The position numbers were made by a program, and so were the translations under genes. This document shows, piece by piece, positions 9,680-18,320 of a stretch of DNA of 64,000 nt; position 1 is the first letter of the stretch; the number at the start of each line of letters is the position of its first letter. Origin of the DNA: an uncultured Alphaproteobacteria bacterium (lineage in GTDB: Bacteria; Pseudomonadota; Alphaproteobacteria; UBA11222); contig CAMTVX010000044.1 in the NCBI GenBank assembly GCA_947085295.1, positions 3,269 to 67,268 on the forward strand. The letters run 5' to 3'. A model generated the notes under the pieces. It was not told where the DNA came from and ran no database searches. It saw only the letters and a list, made by a program, of their open reading frames with translations.

Positions 9680-10180
9680 TCACGCACGATGATAGGGATG
9701 ATTGGCCAGAATGCTTACCGCACGGTAAATTTGTTCCGCCAGCATCATGCGCACCAGCATATGCGGCCAGGTCATTGCCCCCAGCGATAGTTGCATATGC
9801 GCGCGGGCCGTTACCTGATCGCTTAACCCGTCCGCGCCCCCGATGACGAATACAAGATTGCGGCCGCCCTGATCCTTGTGTTGCCCCAGCCATTCTGCGA
9901 ATTTCTCACTGGATAGCGCGCGGCCCCGGCCGTCCAGCGCCACCAGCGTTGCACCTTCCGGCACCTGGGCCAGCAGCAGTTCGCCCTCACGCACCTTGCG
10001 CTGGGTGGCATCGGTCTGGGCGCTGCGCCTGCTGCGGTCTTCGACCTCGCGCAGCACCATCGGGCCAAACCCAAGGCGGGCGCCCATCAATTCTGCATTT
10101 TTCAGATAGCTGTTGGCAGCGGCCGTTTCATCGGCGGCGGCTTTCTGCCCCCGGCCAACAGCCGCAATCGTGATGCGCAT
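9680..10180 (-). CDS. rlmH: 23S rRNA pseudouridine-1915 N3-methyltransferase
   Basis: LDGRGRALSSEKFA, FVIGGADGL, LSLGAMTWPHMLVRMMLAEQIYRA..ILANHPYHR signature; follows rsfS. Confidence 0.95.
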   Translation of the reverse strand: MRITIAAVGRGQKAAADETAAANSYLKNAELMGARLGFGPMVLREVEDRSRRSAQTDATQRKVREGELLLAQVPEGATLVALDGRGRALSSEKFAEWLGQHKDQGGRNLVFVIGGADGLSDQVTARAHMQLSLGAMTWPHMLVRMMLAEQIYRAVSILANHPYHRA

Positions 10181-10188
10181 GGATGATT

Positions 10189-10599
10189 CTAGACGGCGCG
10201 CAGGCCGAACCCATTTGCCGGCTCAATATGCGATGGCATGGTCACCGACCATAATTTTTCGAGATTATAAAACTCCCGCACTTCCGGCCGGAAGACGTGA
10301 ATGATCACGTCCACCGCATCGACGACAACCCAGTCACCCTGACGCAGGCCCTCGACGCGGCAATTGTCGCCATAAACCTGTTTGATTTTTTCCGCTACAT
10401 GCCCGGCAATCGTTCCGACATGGCGCGAAGATGTACCACTGGCGATAACCAGATAATCGGCAATGCTGGATTTTCCTTCCAGCTCAATAGAAACAATATC
10501 AACGGCTTTATCATCGTCCATTGAATTTAGCACTAGCCGCATAAGCTCCTCCGGATTGGGATGGGCTGTACGGTGTGCGACGGCGCTATCTTGGGTCAG
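10189..10599 (-). CDS. rsfS: Ribosome silencing factor (Iojap)
   Basis: DDDKAVDIVSIEL, IADYLVIASGTSSRHV, WVVVDAVDVIIHVFRPEVREFYNLEKLW. Frame is open to a CTG at 10599 preceded by AGAGGA; the ORF track starts at ATG 10542. Confidence 0.93.
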   Translation of the reverse strand: MTQDSAVAHRTAHPNPEELMRLVLNSMDDDKAVDIVSIELEGKSSIADYLVIASGTSSRHVGTIAGHVAEKIKQVYGDNCRVEGLRQGDWVVVDAVDVIIHVFRPEVREFYNLEKLWSVTMPSHIEPANGFGLRAV

Positions 10600-10686
10600 T
10601 GGGTTCCTCTGGGTTTGGTTAAGGATGTCTTACCCCCATAGAATAGGGATTACCGGGCGCATTTGCAAAATAATTACATGGTAAAC

Positions 10687-11277
10687 TCATTTTCGCCCCG
10701 CCCGGATGGCGGTGGAGCTGGCCGGGTGCAGGCGGCAGGGGAGGAAGATCCACGCCGGGGCGGGCTGGCTGGCCAGACGGGTGGCGGACGCCAGCGGCAA
10801 CCGGGCATCGGCGTAGCGCTGCGCCGCCTTGCCGTGCAGGGCCTTTATTCCGCTGCCTGGGCGGTCCAGAACGGCTATGGGCATCAGGCGCATGATCTGG
10901 CTCCAGGCCCGCCAGCGGGGCAATTGCACCAGATTATCGGCCCCCATCAGCCAGACAAACTGTACCCCCGGCCAGCGGCGTTGCAGGGCGGTCAGGGTGT
11001 CTATGGTGTAGGTGGTGCGCAAACGCTGTTCTACCGTGCTGACCACGATGCGAGGGTGGCCCGCTATTTTTTTTGCAGATTTTACGCGATCCTGCAGGCT
11101 GGCCATACCCGCCGCCGGTTTTAGCGGGTTTTGCGAGCTGACCAGCCACCAGACCCGGTCAAGCTGCAAACGTTTCAGGGCGATCAGGCTGATATGGCGA
11201 TGCCCGGCATGGGCCGGATTGAAGGATCCACCCAGCAGGCCAACCCGCATACCGGGATATAGAAGTTCACGGCTCAT
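10687..11277 (-). CDS. nadD: Nicotinate-nucleotide adenylyltransferase
   Basis: GLLGGSFNPAHAGH, TYTIDTL, FVWLMGADNL motifs. Confidence 0.95.
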   Translation of the reverse strand: MSRELLYPGMRVGLLGGSFNPAHAGHRHISLIALKRLQLDRVWWLVSSQNPLKPAAGMASLQDRVKSAKKIAGHPRIVVSTVEQRLRTTYTIDTLTALQRRWPGVQFVWLMGADNLVQLPRWRAWSQIMRLMPIAVLDRPGSGIKALHGKAAQRYADARLPLASATRLASQPAPAWIFLPCRLHPASSTAIRAGRK

Positions 11278-11327
11278 GGGAGTTAAAGCATCGTGCAGCC
11301 TGGTGACGCCGCCAATCCACCCACAAT

Positions 11328-11454
11328 GTCATCGCGAGCGAAGCGTGGCGATCCACCAGCCTTCGCAAGAAGGCTACGGCTGGCAAAGGAGCGCCAAACT
11401 CGGTCCTTACCGTGTGACTCTGGATTGCCACGGCGCTATGCGCCTCGCAATGAC
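11328..11454. repeat. Intergenic palindromic (REP/RPE-like) element with a nested second hairpin
   Basis: GTCATCGCGAG (11328) pairs with CTCGCAATGAC (11444-11454); CGTGGCGATCCA pairs with TGGATTGCCACG; internal CCAGCCTTCGCAAGAAGGCTACGGCTGG hairpin. Confidence 0.8.
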
Positions 11455-11492
11455 GCAGGAGAGGGCGCGATTTCGTCAATCTCTATCACCCA

Positions 11493-12842
11493 TTACGTCC
11501 GCGTCTGGCCGTTGCCGCGCACCACATATTTGTAGCTGGTCAATTGCGCCGCGCCCACCGGGCCGCGCGCATGCAGTTTGCTGGTGGAAATGCCGATCTC
11601 TGCCCCCATGCCGAATTCGCCGCCATCGGCGAACTGGGTTGAGGCATTGTGCATGACAATGGCGCTGTCGATCTGGGACAGGAAACGCTCGGCTGTCGGC
11701 CCATCATCGGTGATGATGGATTCGGTATGTTGCGATCCATAGCGCTGAATATGCGCGATGGCTTCATCCACGCCGTCCACGATGCGAACGGAAATGATGG
11801 CGTCGAGATATTCCGTCGTCCAGTCAGCCTCGGACACCGGTTTGACGCGCGCATCAAAAGCCTGCACATCTGGCCCGCCGCGCACTTCGCAGCCTGCGCC
11901 GATCAGATCGGCCACCAGCACCGGCAGATGGGTTACGGCACAGCGGCGATCCACCAGCAGGGTTTCCGCAGCACCGCAAATTCCGGTACGGCGCATTTTG
12001 GCATTGATCACAATTTTGCGCGCCATTTCCAGATCGGCCTTGCCATCCACATAGACATGCACAAGACCATCCAGATGCCCCATCACCGGCACGCGGGCGT
12101 CGCGCGTCACGCGCTCGGTCAGGCTGCGCCCGCCGCGCGGTACGATGACATCGATATATTGCGTCATGTTGCCCAGCATATAACCGACAGCGGCGCGATC
12201 AATGGTCGGCACCCGCTGCACCGCGCCTTCGGGAATCTTGGCGGCGTTCAGGCCTTCCAGAATACATTCATGAATGGCGCGGCTGGAATGATAGCTTTCC
12301 GACCCGCCGCGCAAAATCACCGCATTGCCCGCCCGCAGACACAGTGCAGCGGCATCCGCTGTCACATTGGGGCGGCTTTCATAAATGATGCCGATCACAC
12401 CCAGCGGCACGCTGACCCGCTCAATATGCAACCCATTGGGGCGATCCCATCCGGTCAGCACCTGACCCACCGGATTGGGCATGCCGGCAATTTCATCCAT
12501 ACTGCGCACCATTGCAGCAATGCGCGCATCATCCAGTTTCAGGCGGTCTAGCATGGAGGCGGGCAGGTTTGCGGCCTGTGCTGCGGCCATATCCTTGTCA
12601 TTGGCTTTCAGGATCAGATCGACATTGGCGCGCATCGATGCGGCGGCGCAGTACAATGCGGATTCCATTGCCTTGCCGTCACGATTGGCCAAATGGGCTG
12701 CCGCTTCGCGCGCGCGGCGGCCGATTTCATCCATGATGGTTGCGATTTCGATAGCGGAAAGTTCGCGCGCGGGTTTGGCGGTTGCGCCATCGGGCTTACG
12801 CTGCGGTTCCCGGCGAGCGTCGTTAATGTCGGTGATGGTCAT
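11493..12842 (-). CDS. proA: Gamma-glutamyl phosphate reductase
   Basis: [63 protein letters not shown] motifs. Confidence 0.97.
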   Translation of the reverse strand: MTITDINDARREPQRKPDGATAKPARELSAIEIATIMDEIGRRAREAAAHLANRDGKAMESALYCAAASMRANVDLILKANDKDMAAAQAANLPASMLDRLKLDDARIAAMVRSMDEIAGMPNPVGQVLTGWDRPNGLHIERVSVPLGVIGIIYESRPNVTADAAALCLRAGNAVILRGGSESYHSSRAIHECILEGLNAAKIPEGAVQRVPTIDRAAVGYMLGNMTQYIDVIVPRGGRSLTERVTRDARVPVMGHLDGLVHVYVDGKADLEMARKIVINAKMRRTGICGAAETLLVDRRCAVTHLPVLVADLIGAGCEVRGGPDVQAFDARVKPVSEADWTTEYLDAIISVRIVDGVDEAIAHIQRYGSQHTESIITDDGPTAERFLSQIDSAIVMHNASTQFADGGEFGMGAEIGISTSKLHARGPVGAAQLTSYKYVVRGNGQTRT

Positions 12843-13990
12843 GCGTGTTTGCCTCCGCCCGTTAAAACCAGATCATCCCGGTGGATCATTTCCGTGCGCC
12901 CACGATAGCCCAGCAGGCGTTCGATTTCACCGCTTTTATGTCCCGCGATCTGGCGCGCGTCCCTGGCCGTATAGGCGCACAGGCCACGCGCGATTTCCAT
13001 GCCGTTCGGCGCCAGCACAATTACCGCGTCGCCCCGGCTGAATTCCCCGGTTACCTCAAACACCCCGGCGGGTAGCAGGCTTTTTCCGGCCAGCAGCGCA
13101 TCGACCGCGCCCGCATCCAGCAGCAGGCGTCCCGCAGGTTCCAGCACGCCCGCAATCCACTGCTTGCGCGCAGCAGCGGGCGAGCCGTGCGCCAGAAACC
13201 AGGTGCAGCGCGCACCTTCCTGTAGCGCGCGTAGCGGATGCAGAATGCGGCCATTGGCAATGGCCATCGCACAGCCAGCCCCGGTTGCGATCCTGGCCGC
13301 CGCCAGTTTGGTGATCATGCCGCCGGTTCCCACAGAGGAACCGGAACCGCCCGCCATCGCTTCGATCTCCGGCGTAATGACAGGGACTTCGGCAAAATGC
13401 TGTGCCGCAGGATCACGGCCCGGATCGGCCGTATACAGACCATCTATGTCTGAGAGCAGCACCATACAGTCCGCGCTGATCATCTGCGCCACGCGGGCCG
13501 CCAGCCGGTCATTATCGCCATAGCGGATTTCGCTGGTCGCCACGGTGTCATTTTCATTGACCACCGGCACTGCGCCCAGTTTCAGCAGCGTGTTAAATGT
13601 ATTGCGCGCATTCAGATAGCGCCGCCTTTGTTCGGTGTCTTCCAGCGTGAGCAAAATCTGCGCGCAGGGCAATTGCTTTGCGGCCAGCGCCGCCTGATAG
13701 GCATGCGCCAGATGCACCTGTCCGGCCGCCGCCGCCGCCTGGCTTTCCTCCAGCCGCAACACTTTGCCGCGCAGGCCCAGAATGCCGCGCCCCAGCGCAA
13801 TCGCGCCCGATGACACCAGCACCACCTGCGCGCCACCCGCGCGCAATTGCGCCACATCATCAATCAGCGCCCGCAGCCATTTATCGCGCAGGGTTCCGCT
13901 TTCGGCATCGGTTAACAGCGCCGATCCAATCTTGATGACGATGCGTTTTGCTTTCGACAGCCGTTTGGCTGTGCCCGCCGCGCCGTTCAT
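12839..13990 (-). CDS. proB: Glutamate 5-kinase with PUA domain
   Basis: [41 protein letters not shown]; start at ATG 13990 overlapping the obg stop. Confidence 0.97.
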   Translation of the reverse strand: MNGAAGTAKRLSKAKRIVIKIGSALLTDAESGTLRDKWLRALIDDVAQLRAGGAQVVLVSSGAIALGRGILGLRGKVLRLEESQAAAAAGQVHLAHAYQAALAAKQLPCAQILLTLEDTEQRRRYLNARNTFNTLLKLGAVPVVNENDTVATSEIRYGDNDRLAARVAQMISADCMVLLSDIDGLYTADPGRDPAAQHFAEVPVITPEIEAMAGGSGSSVGTGGMITKLAAARIATGAGCAMAIANGRILHPLRALQEGARCTWFLAHGSPAAARKQWIAGVLEPAGRLLLDAGAVDALLAGKSLLPAGVFEVTGEFSRGDAVIVLAPNGMEIARGLCAYTARDARQIAGHKSGEIERLLGYRGRTEMIHRDDLVLTGGGKHA

Positions 13991-15030
13991 GGGCTCCACT
14001 GCGCCACAGGTTCGGGATTATTTTCAACCGCCGCGCCAATGCGCGCGCGTTTGATGGCGGCGTGTAATTCGCGCAATACTTCCTGCACGCCCTGTCCGGT
14101 TGCGCCGGAAATGGTCATCACTGACTGGCCGCTGGCTTTTTCCAGCGCGGCTTTTTTTCTGCGAATTTGTTCGGGCGTCAGCGCATCGCATTTATTCAGC
14201 ACCAGCAGTTCCGGCTTGGCCGCCAGTTCGGGGCTGTATTCCTGCAATTCATGTCGGATGGTGCGATAGGCTTTGGTGATTTTTTCCTGCGTGCCGTCAA
14301 TCAGATGCAGATTGATGCGGCAACGTTCCACATGCCCCAGAAAGCGGGTGCCCAGCCCCGCACCTTCATGCGCGCCCGCAATCAGGCCGGGAATATCGGC
14401 CATGACAAATTCCTCGCCGTCGCAATAGACGACGCCCAGTTGCGGATGCAGCGTGGTGAACGGATAATCGGCAATCTTGGGCCGCGCGCGGCTGACCGCC
14501 GCCAGAAATGTCGATTTACCCGCATTGGGCAAACCCAGCAGGCCCGCATCGGCAATCAGTTTCAGGCGCAGCCAGACCCATAGCTCGACCGATTCCTGCC
14601 CCGGATTGGCATGACGCGGGGCCTGATTGGCGGGGCCCTTGAAACGGGCATTGCCCCAGCCGCCATTGCCACCTTTCAGCAGACGGATTTTTTGTCCGGG
14701 TACGGTCATATCCGCCAGCAGGGTTTCTTCGTCCGCGTCCCAGATTTGCGTACCTGCGGGAACTTTCAACACCACATCCGCGCCATTGGCGCCGGTGCGG
14801 TTGCGGCCCATGCCGTGAATGCCGATGCCCGCCTTGAAATGCTGCTGATAGCGAAAATCGATCAGCGTGTTCAGCCCGTCCAGGCATTCAACATAGACAT
14901 GCCCGCCATTGCCGCCATCGCCGCCATCGGGTCCGCCGAACTCAATAAATTTCTCACGCCGGAACGACACCGCGCCCGCGCCGCCATTCCCCGCCTTGAG
15001 ATAGATTTTCGCCTGATCAAGAAATTTCAT
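13987..15030 (-). CDS. obgE: Obg/CgtA GTPase
   Basis: [59 protein letters not shown] motifs. Confidence 0.98.
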   Translation of the reverse strand: MKFLDQAKIYLKAGNGGAGAVSFRREKFIEFGGPDGGDGGNGGHVYVECLDGLNTLIDFRYQQHFKAGIGIHGMGRNRTGANGADVVLKVPAGTQIWDADEETLLADMTVPGQKIRLLKGGNGGWGNARFKGPANQAPRHANPGQESVELWVWLRLKLIADAGLLGLPNAGKSTFLAAVSRARPKIADYPFTTLHPQLGVVYCDGEEFVMADIPGLIAGAHEGAGLGTRFLGHVERCRINLHLIDGTQEKITKAYRTIRHELQEYSPELAAKPELLVLNKCDALTPEQIRRKKAALEKASGQSVMTISGATGQGVQEVLRELHAAIKRARIGAAVENNPEPVAQWSP

Positions 15031-15047
15031 CGATATACTGCTCTAAA

Positions 15048-15080
15048 ATAAAAAAGGGAGATGGCGATCCATCTCCCTTT
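15048..15080 (-). terminator. Rho-independent terminator between rpmA and obgE
   Basis: Minus-strand RNA AAAGGGAGAUGG-AUCG-CCAUCUCCCUUU followed by UUUAUUUU. Confidence 0.8.
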
Positions 15081-15116
15081 CAGATCGCCACCATCTGGAT
15101 GGCGGTGCATCCAGTA

Positions 15117-15386
15117 TTATTCAGCCGCTACCTGCATCGGGACAACCGATATGCACGGACGTCCGCCCTTGCTGTTGCAAAACAATACATGGCCTTCGGT
15201 CACTGCAAAAATCGTATGGTCGCGGCCCATGCCGACATTTTCACCCGGGTGCCATTGTGTGCCGCGCTGGCGCACAATGATGTTGCCGGAGATGACATGT
15301 TCGCCACCGAATTTTTTTACGCCCAGTCTACGGCCTGCACTGTCACGACCATTGCGTGAGGAACCGCCTGCTTTTTTATGTGCCAT
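15117..15386 (-). CDS. rpmA: 50S ribosomal protein L27
   Basis: [29 protein letters not shown]. Confidence 0.99.
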   Translation of the reverse strand: MAHKKAGGSSRNGRDSAGRRLGVKKFGGEHVISGNIIVRQRGTQWHPGENVGMGRDHTIFAVTEGHVLFCNSKGGRPCISVVPMQVAAE

Positions 15387-15402
15387 GTTTCAAATTCCTC
15401 GC

Positions 15403-15717
15403 TTAGGCCGCTTTAATATCGGTTACGTGCAGCACCGTCTGTAACTGACGATGGCCGTTCTTGCGACGGTATTTATGGCGGCGCTTTTTCTTGAACACCA
15501 GAATTTTCGGATCGCGGGCCTGCGCCACGATCTGGGCGGTGACCGAAGCGCCCGCAACCAGCGGCGCGCCAATGGTGATCTTGCCCGCATCATCGACCAG
15601 CAATACCTGATCAAAAATGATGTTCTGGCCCGCTTCGCCCTCAAGCTTTTCGACGCGCAGCACGTCGCCAGATGCGACTTTGTACTGCTTTCCGCCGGTT
15701 TTAATTACTGCGTACAT
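15403..15717 (-). CDS. rplU: 50S ribosomal protein L21
   Basis: [14 protein letters not shown]...[17 protein letters not shown]; true start ATG 15717. Confidence 0.99.
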   Translation of the reverse strand: MYAVIKTGGKQYKVASGDVLRVEKLEGEAGQNIIFDQVLLVDDAGKITIGAPLVAGASVTAQIVAQARDPKILVFKKKRRHKYRRKNGHRQLQTVLHVTDIKAA

Positions 15718-15836
15718 GCTTGCTACCCATATTCCTGCGCTATTGGCACCCGAATTTCCCAAAAACATGAGATAATTCAACGACCTGAGGGCCGCCCACA
15801 CCAATTTGCGCAGGCGTTCCCTGTAAAGTGGCGCGG

Positions 15837-15864
15837 ACTATAGCCGTTGCGGATTTTAAGTCAA
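15837..15864 (-). promoter_or_regulatory. Putative sigma70 promoter of rplU-rpmA
   Basis: Minus strand TTGACT-16 nt-TATAGT followed by a GC-rich discriminator (CCGCGCCA), typical of stringently controlled promoters. Confidence 0.65.
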
Positions 15865-15987
15865 GCAGGGAACGCAAGATTAACGCTAACAGTCCTGACC
15901 ACCCGCCCATGCGCGATAGTTAGATACATATACGCATTTTGCGCGATATTATCTTGCATAAGATCAACCCGTCTTTCGGAGAATGGC

Positions 15988-16932
15988 GTGCCCGACCGAG
16001 CCATCCTGCCCCTCGCCGCCGATGATGCGGCCCCGCATTATGCGGATTGGCTGGCGCATCTGGCGCATGCGCGGCGGCTGAGTGCGCATACGGTAGCGGC
16101 TTATGGCCGGGATGTGCGGGATTTTTTTGGGTTTTTGCAGGCGCATCTGGGGGGGCAGGCCGGCCTTGCGGAATTGCGCGCCCTGCAAATTTCGGATTTC
16201 CGGGCCTGGCTGGCGCATCGGCGCGGTGATGGGCTGAACTCCGCGTCGCTGGCGCGGGCGATTTCGGCGTTGCGCAATTTTTTCCGTTTTCTGCACAAAA
16301 CCGGGGTGCTGGAAAATACCGCTATTGGCGGCCTGCGCGGCCCGAAAATTCCGCACGGCGTGCCCAAACCGCTGAGCGCACCGCAGGCACTGCGCACGGT
16401 TGCGGATGCGGGCGATCTGGCGGGGGAACCCTGGATCGGCCTGCGCGATGTGGCGGTGTTGAGCTTGCTGTATGGCTGCGGTTTGCGGGTGTCGGAGGCG
16501 CTGGGCCTGAACCGCAGCGCCGCGCCATTTGGCGATACGCTGCGCATTCTGGGCAAGGGCGGCAAGGAACGCATGGCCCCCGTGCTGCCAGTGGTGGCGC
16601 AGGCGGTGCAGGATTATCTGGCGCACTGCCCGTATAAACTGACTGCCAGCGATCCGCTGTTCGTCGGCGCGCGCGGCAAGCGGTTAAGCCCGCGCATTGT
16701 GCAGTTGGGCATGCAGCGGATGCGCGGCGCGCTGGGTCTGCCCGACAGCGCCACGCCGCATGCGCTACGTCACAGCTTCGCCACCCATCTGCTGTCGGCG
16801 GGCGGTGATCTGCGCACCATTCAGGAATTGCTGGGCCATGCCAGCCTGACCAGCACCCAACGCTACACCGAAGTAGACGCGGCGCGGCTGCTGGAAGTGT
16901 ATGGCGCCGCCCATCCCCGCGCGCGGGGATGA
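15988..16932 (+). CDS. xerC: Tyrosine recombinase XerC
   Basis: N-terminal SAM-like domain (LSAHTVAAYGRD) and complete catalytic set: LLYGCGLRVSE, GKGGKER, PHALRHSFATHLL, QELLGH, TQRY. GTG start after GGAG. Confidence 0.88.
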   Translation: MPDRAILPLAADDAAPHYADWLAHLAHARRLSAHTVAAYGRDVRDFFGFLQAHLGGQAGLAELRALQISDFRAWLAHRRGDGLNSASLARAISALRNFFRFLHKTGVLENTAIGGLRGPKIPHGVPKPLSAPQALRTVADAGDLAGEPWIGLRDVAVLSLLYGCGLRVSEALGLNRSAAPFGDTLRILGKGGKERMAPVLPVVAQAVQDYLAHCPYKLTASDPLFVGARGKRLSPRIVQLGMQRMRGALGLPDSATPHALRHSFATHLLSAGGDLRTIQELLGHASLTSTQRYTEVDAARLLEVYGAAHPRARG

Positions 16933-16947
16933 ACGGCCAAAGCAAGT

Positions 16948-18180
16948 CTAGTCTTTCGGTGGCTTGCCAACGGCTTTGGATTCGACCAGCGCGTCAATGT
17001 CGCTGGTTGAGTAGCCGTATTTCGCCAGCACTTCGTATGCGTCGCCGCCCTTGCGGGGCGGGTGCAGGCGGAACTTGGCCGGCGTCTTGGAGAAATTCAC
17101 CGGATGCTTGGTGGTGAAATAGCCGCCTTCGGTGGGGTGTTCGCGCCGGGTGAAGAATTTGACGTCCACCAGATGCGGATCCTGCTGCAAATCTTCCAGC
17201 CGGTTGATGCGCATGCAGGGAATGTCATGCTCATCCAGCAGGGTCATCCATTCCTGGGTGGTCCTGCTTTGTGTCACTTCGCCGATCAGCGCGTACAGGC
17301 TGTCGATATTCTTGGTGCGATCCTCGAAACTTGTGCCGCGCCATTTGTCCCACAGTTCCGGCTGGCCGGAAATTTCAAAGAACAGCGGCCAGTGCTTGTC
17401 CGTATACGGAACAATGCCGATATAGCCATCCTTGCTTTTGAACGGCTTGCGGTTCGGCGTCAGAATGCGGGTATAACCCCACTGACCCTGCGGCGGATCA
17501 TAGGCATGACCGTAAAAATGCTCGGCCAGGGTAAAGCCAACCAGTGCCTCCAGCATCGGCACTTCAACAAATTGCCCCTCGCCGGTGCGCTGATGGTGAA
17601 ACAGCGCGGCCAGCGTTGCGTACATCATATGCAGGCCGGTCGCCTTGTCCGCCACGATCGAGGGTAAAAAGCGCGGCTGTTCGATCTTGTCGGTCTTGGG
17701 CAGCAGATCGGCAATGCCCGATGCGCCCTGCACCAGATCGTCATAGGCCTGACGGCCCGCATAGGCGCCGCCCGCACCGAACCCCACCGCATGCACATAA
17801 ATGATATCCGGCTTGATCTTGATCATATCGTCATAGGTGAAGCCCAGCCGCGCCAGCCCGTCCGGGCGGACATTGGTCATAAAAATATCGCAGTCGGCGA
17901 TCATCTTGCGGAACACTTCCTTGGCCTTGTCCTTGGTCAGGTCCAGCACCACGGAGGTCTTGTTGCGGTTGAGCGTGAGGAAAATCGGCCCCAGATCGCC
18001 ATGCGGGCTTGGCCCGGCGGTGCGCATCAGATCGCCCACGGGGGTTTCCACCTTGGTGGTTTCCGCGCCCATATCCGCCAGCAACTGCGTCGCATACGGC
18101 CCCAGCACCACGCTGGTCATATCCAGTATCTTGACGCCGGTCAGCGGACCATTGCTTGTGTCTATTTTGCTCTGCGCCAT
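16948..18180 (-). CDS. Family III CoA-transferase (CaiB/BaiF)
   Basis: PLTGVKILDMTSVVLGPYATQLLADMGAE, NRNKTSVVLDL, AYDDLVQGASG. Confidence 0.93.
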   Translation of the reverse strand: MAQSKIDTSNGPLTGVKILDMTSVVLGPYATQLLADMGAETTKVETPVGDLMRTAGPSPHGDLGPIFLTLNRNKTSVVLDLTKDKAKEVFRKMIADCDIFMTNVRPDGLARLGFTYDDMIKIKPDIIYVHAVGFGAGGAYAGRQAYDDLVQGASGIADLLPKTDKIEQPRFLPSIVADKATGLHMMYATLAALFHHQRTGEGQFVEVPMLEALVGFTLAEHFYGHAYDPPQGQWGYTRILTPNRKPFKSKDGYIGIVPYTDKHWPLFFEISGQPELWDKWRGTSFEDRTKNIDSLYALIGEVTQSRTTQEWMTLLDEHDIPCMRINRLEDLQQDPHLVDVKFFTRREHPTEGGYFTTKHPVNFSKTPAKFRLHPPRKGGDAYEVLAKYGYSTSDIDALVESKAVGKPPKD

Positions 18181-18320
18181 GTGAGGCCTCTCCCTGCTTT
18201 TGTTTCTAGAGTTATAGTTTTGTTGGCCCGAATATGCCCGTATTGCCGGAATTTCGCAAGGCTTTGGCTTGGTAAAAGCGCATGCTAGGCTTGCCCCAAA
18301 CCAAAACGGGAGAAAACAGC

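Noticed and set aside
15988-16932. Tyrosine recombinase as the integrase of a mobile element or of the gene-end cassettes
   Set aside because: It has the size, domain layout and host-like high-GC codons of chromosomal XerC, lies outside every cassette, and I found no complete dif-like site at any cassette edge. A role in trans is not excluded but has no support here.
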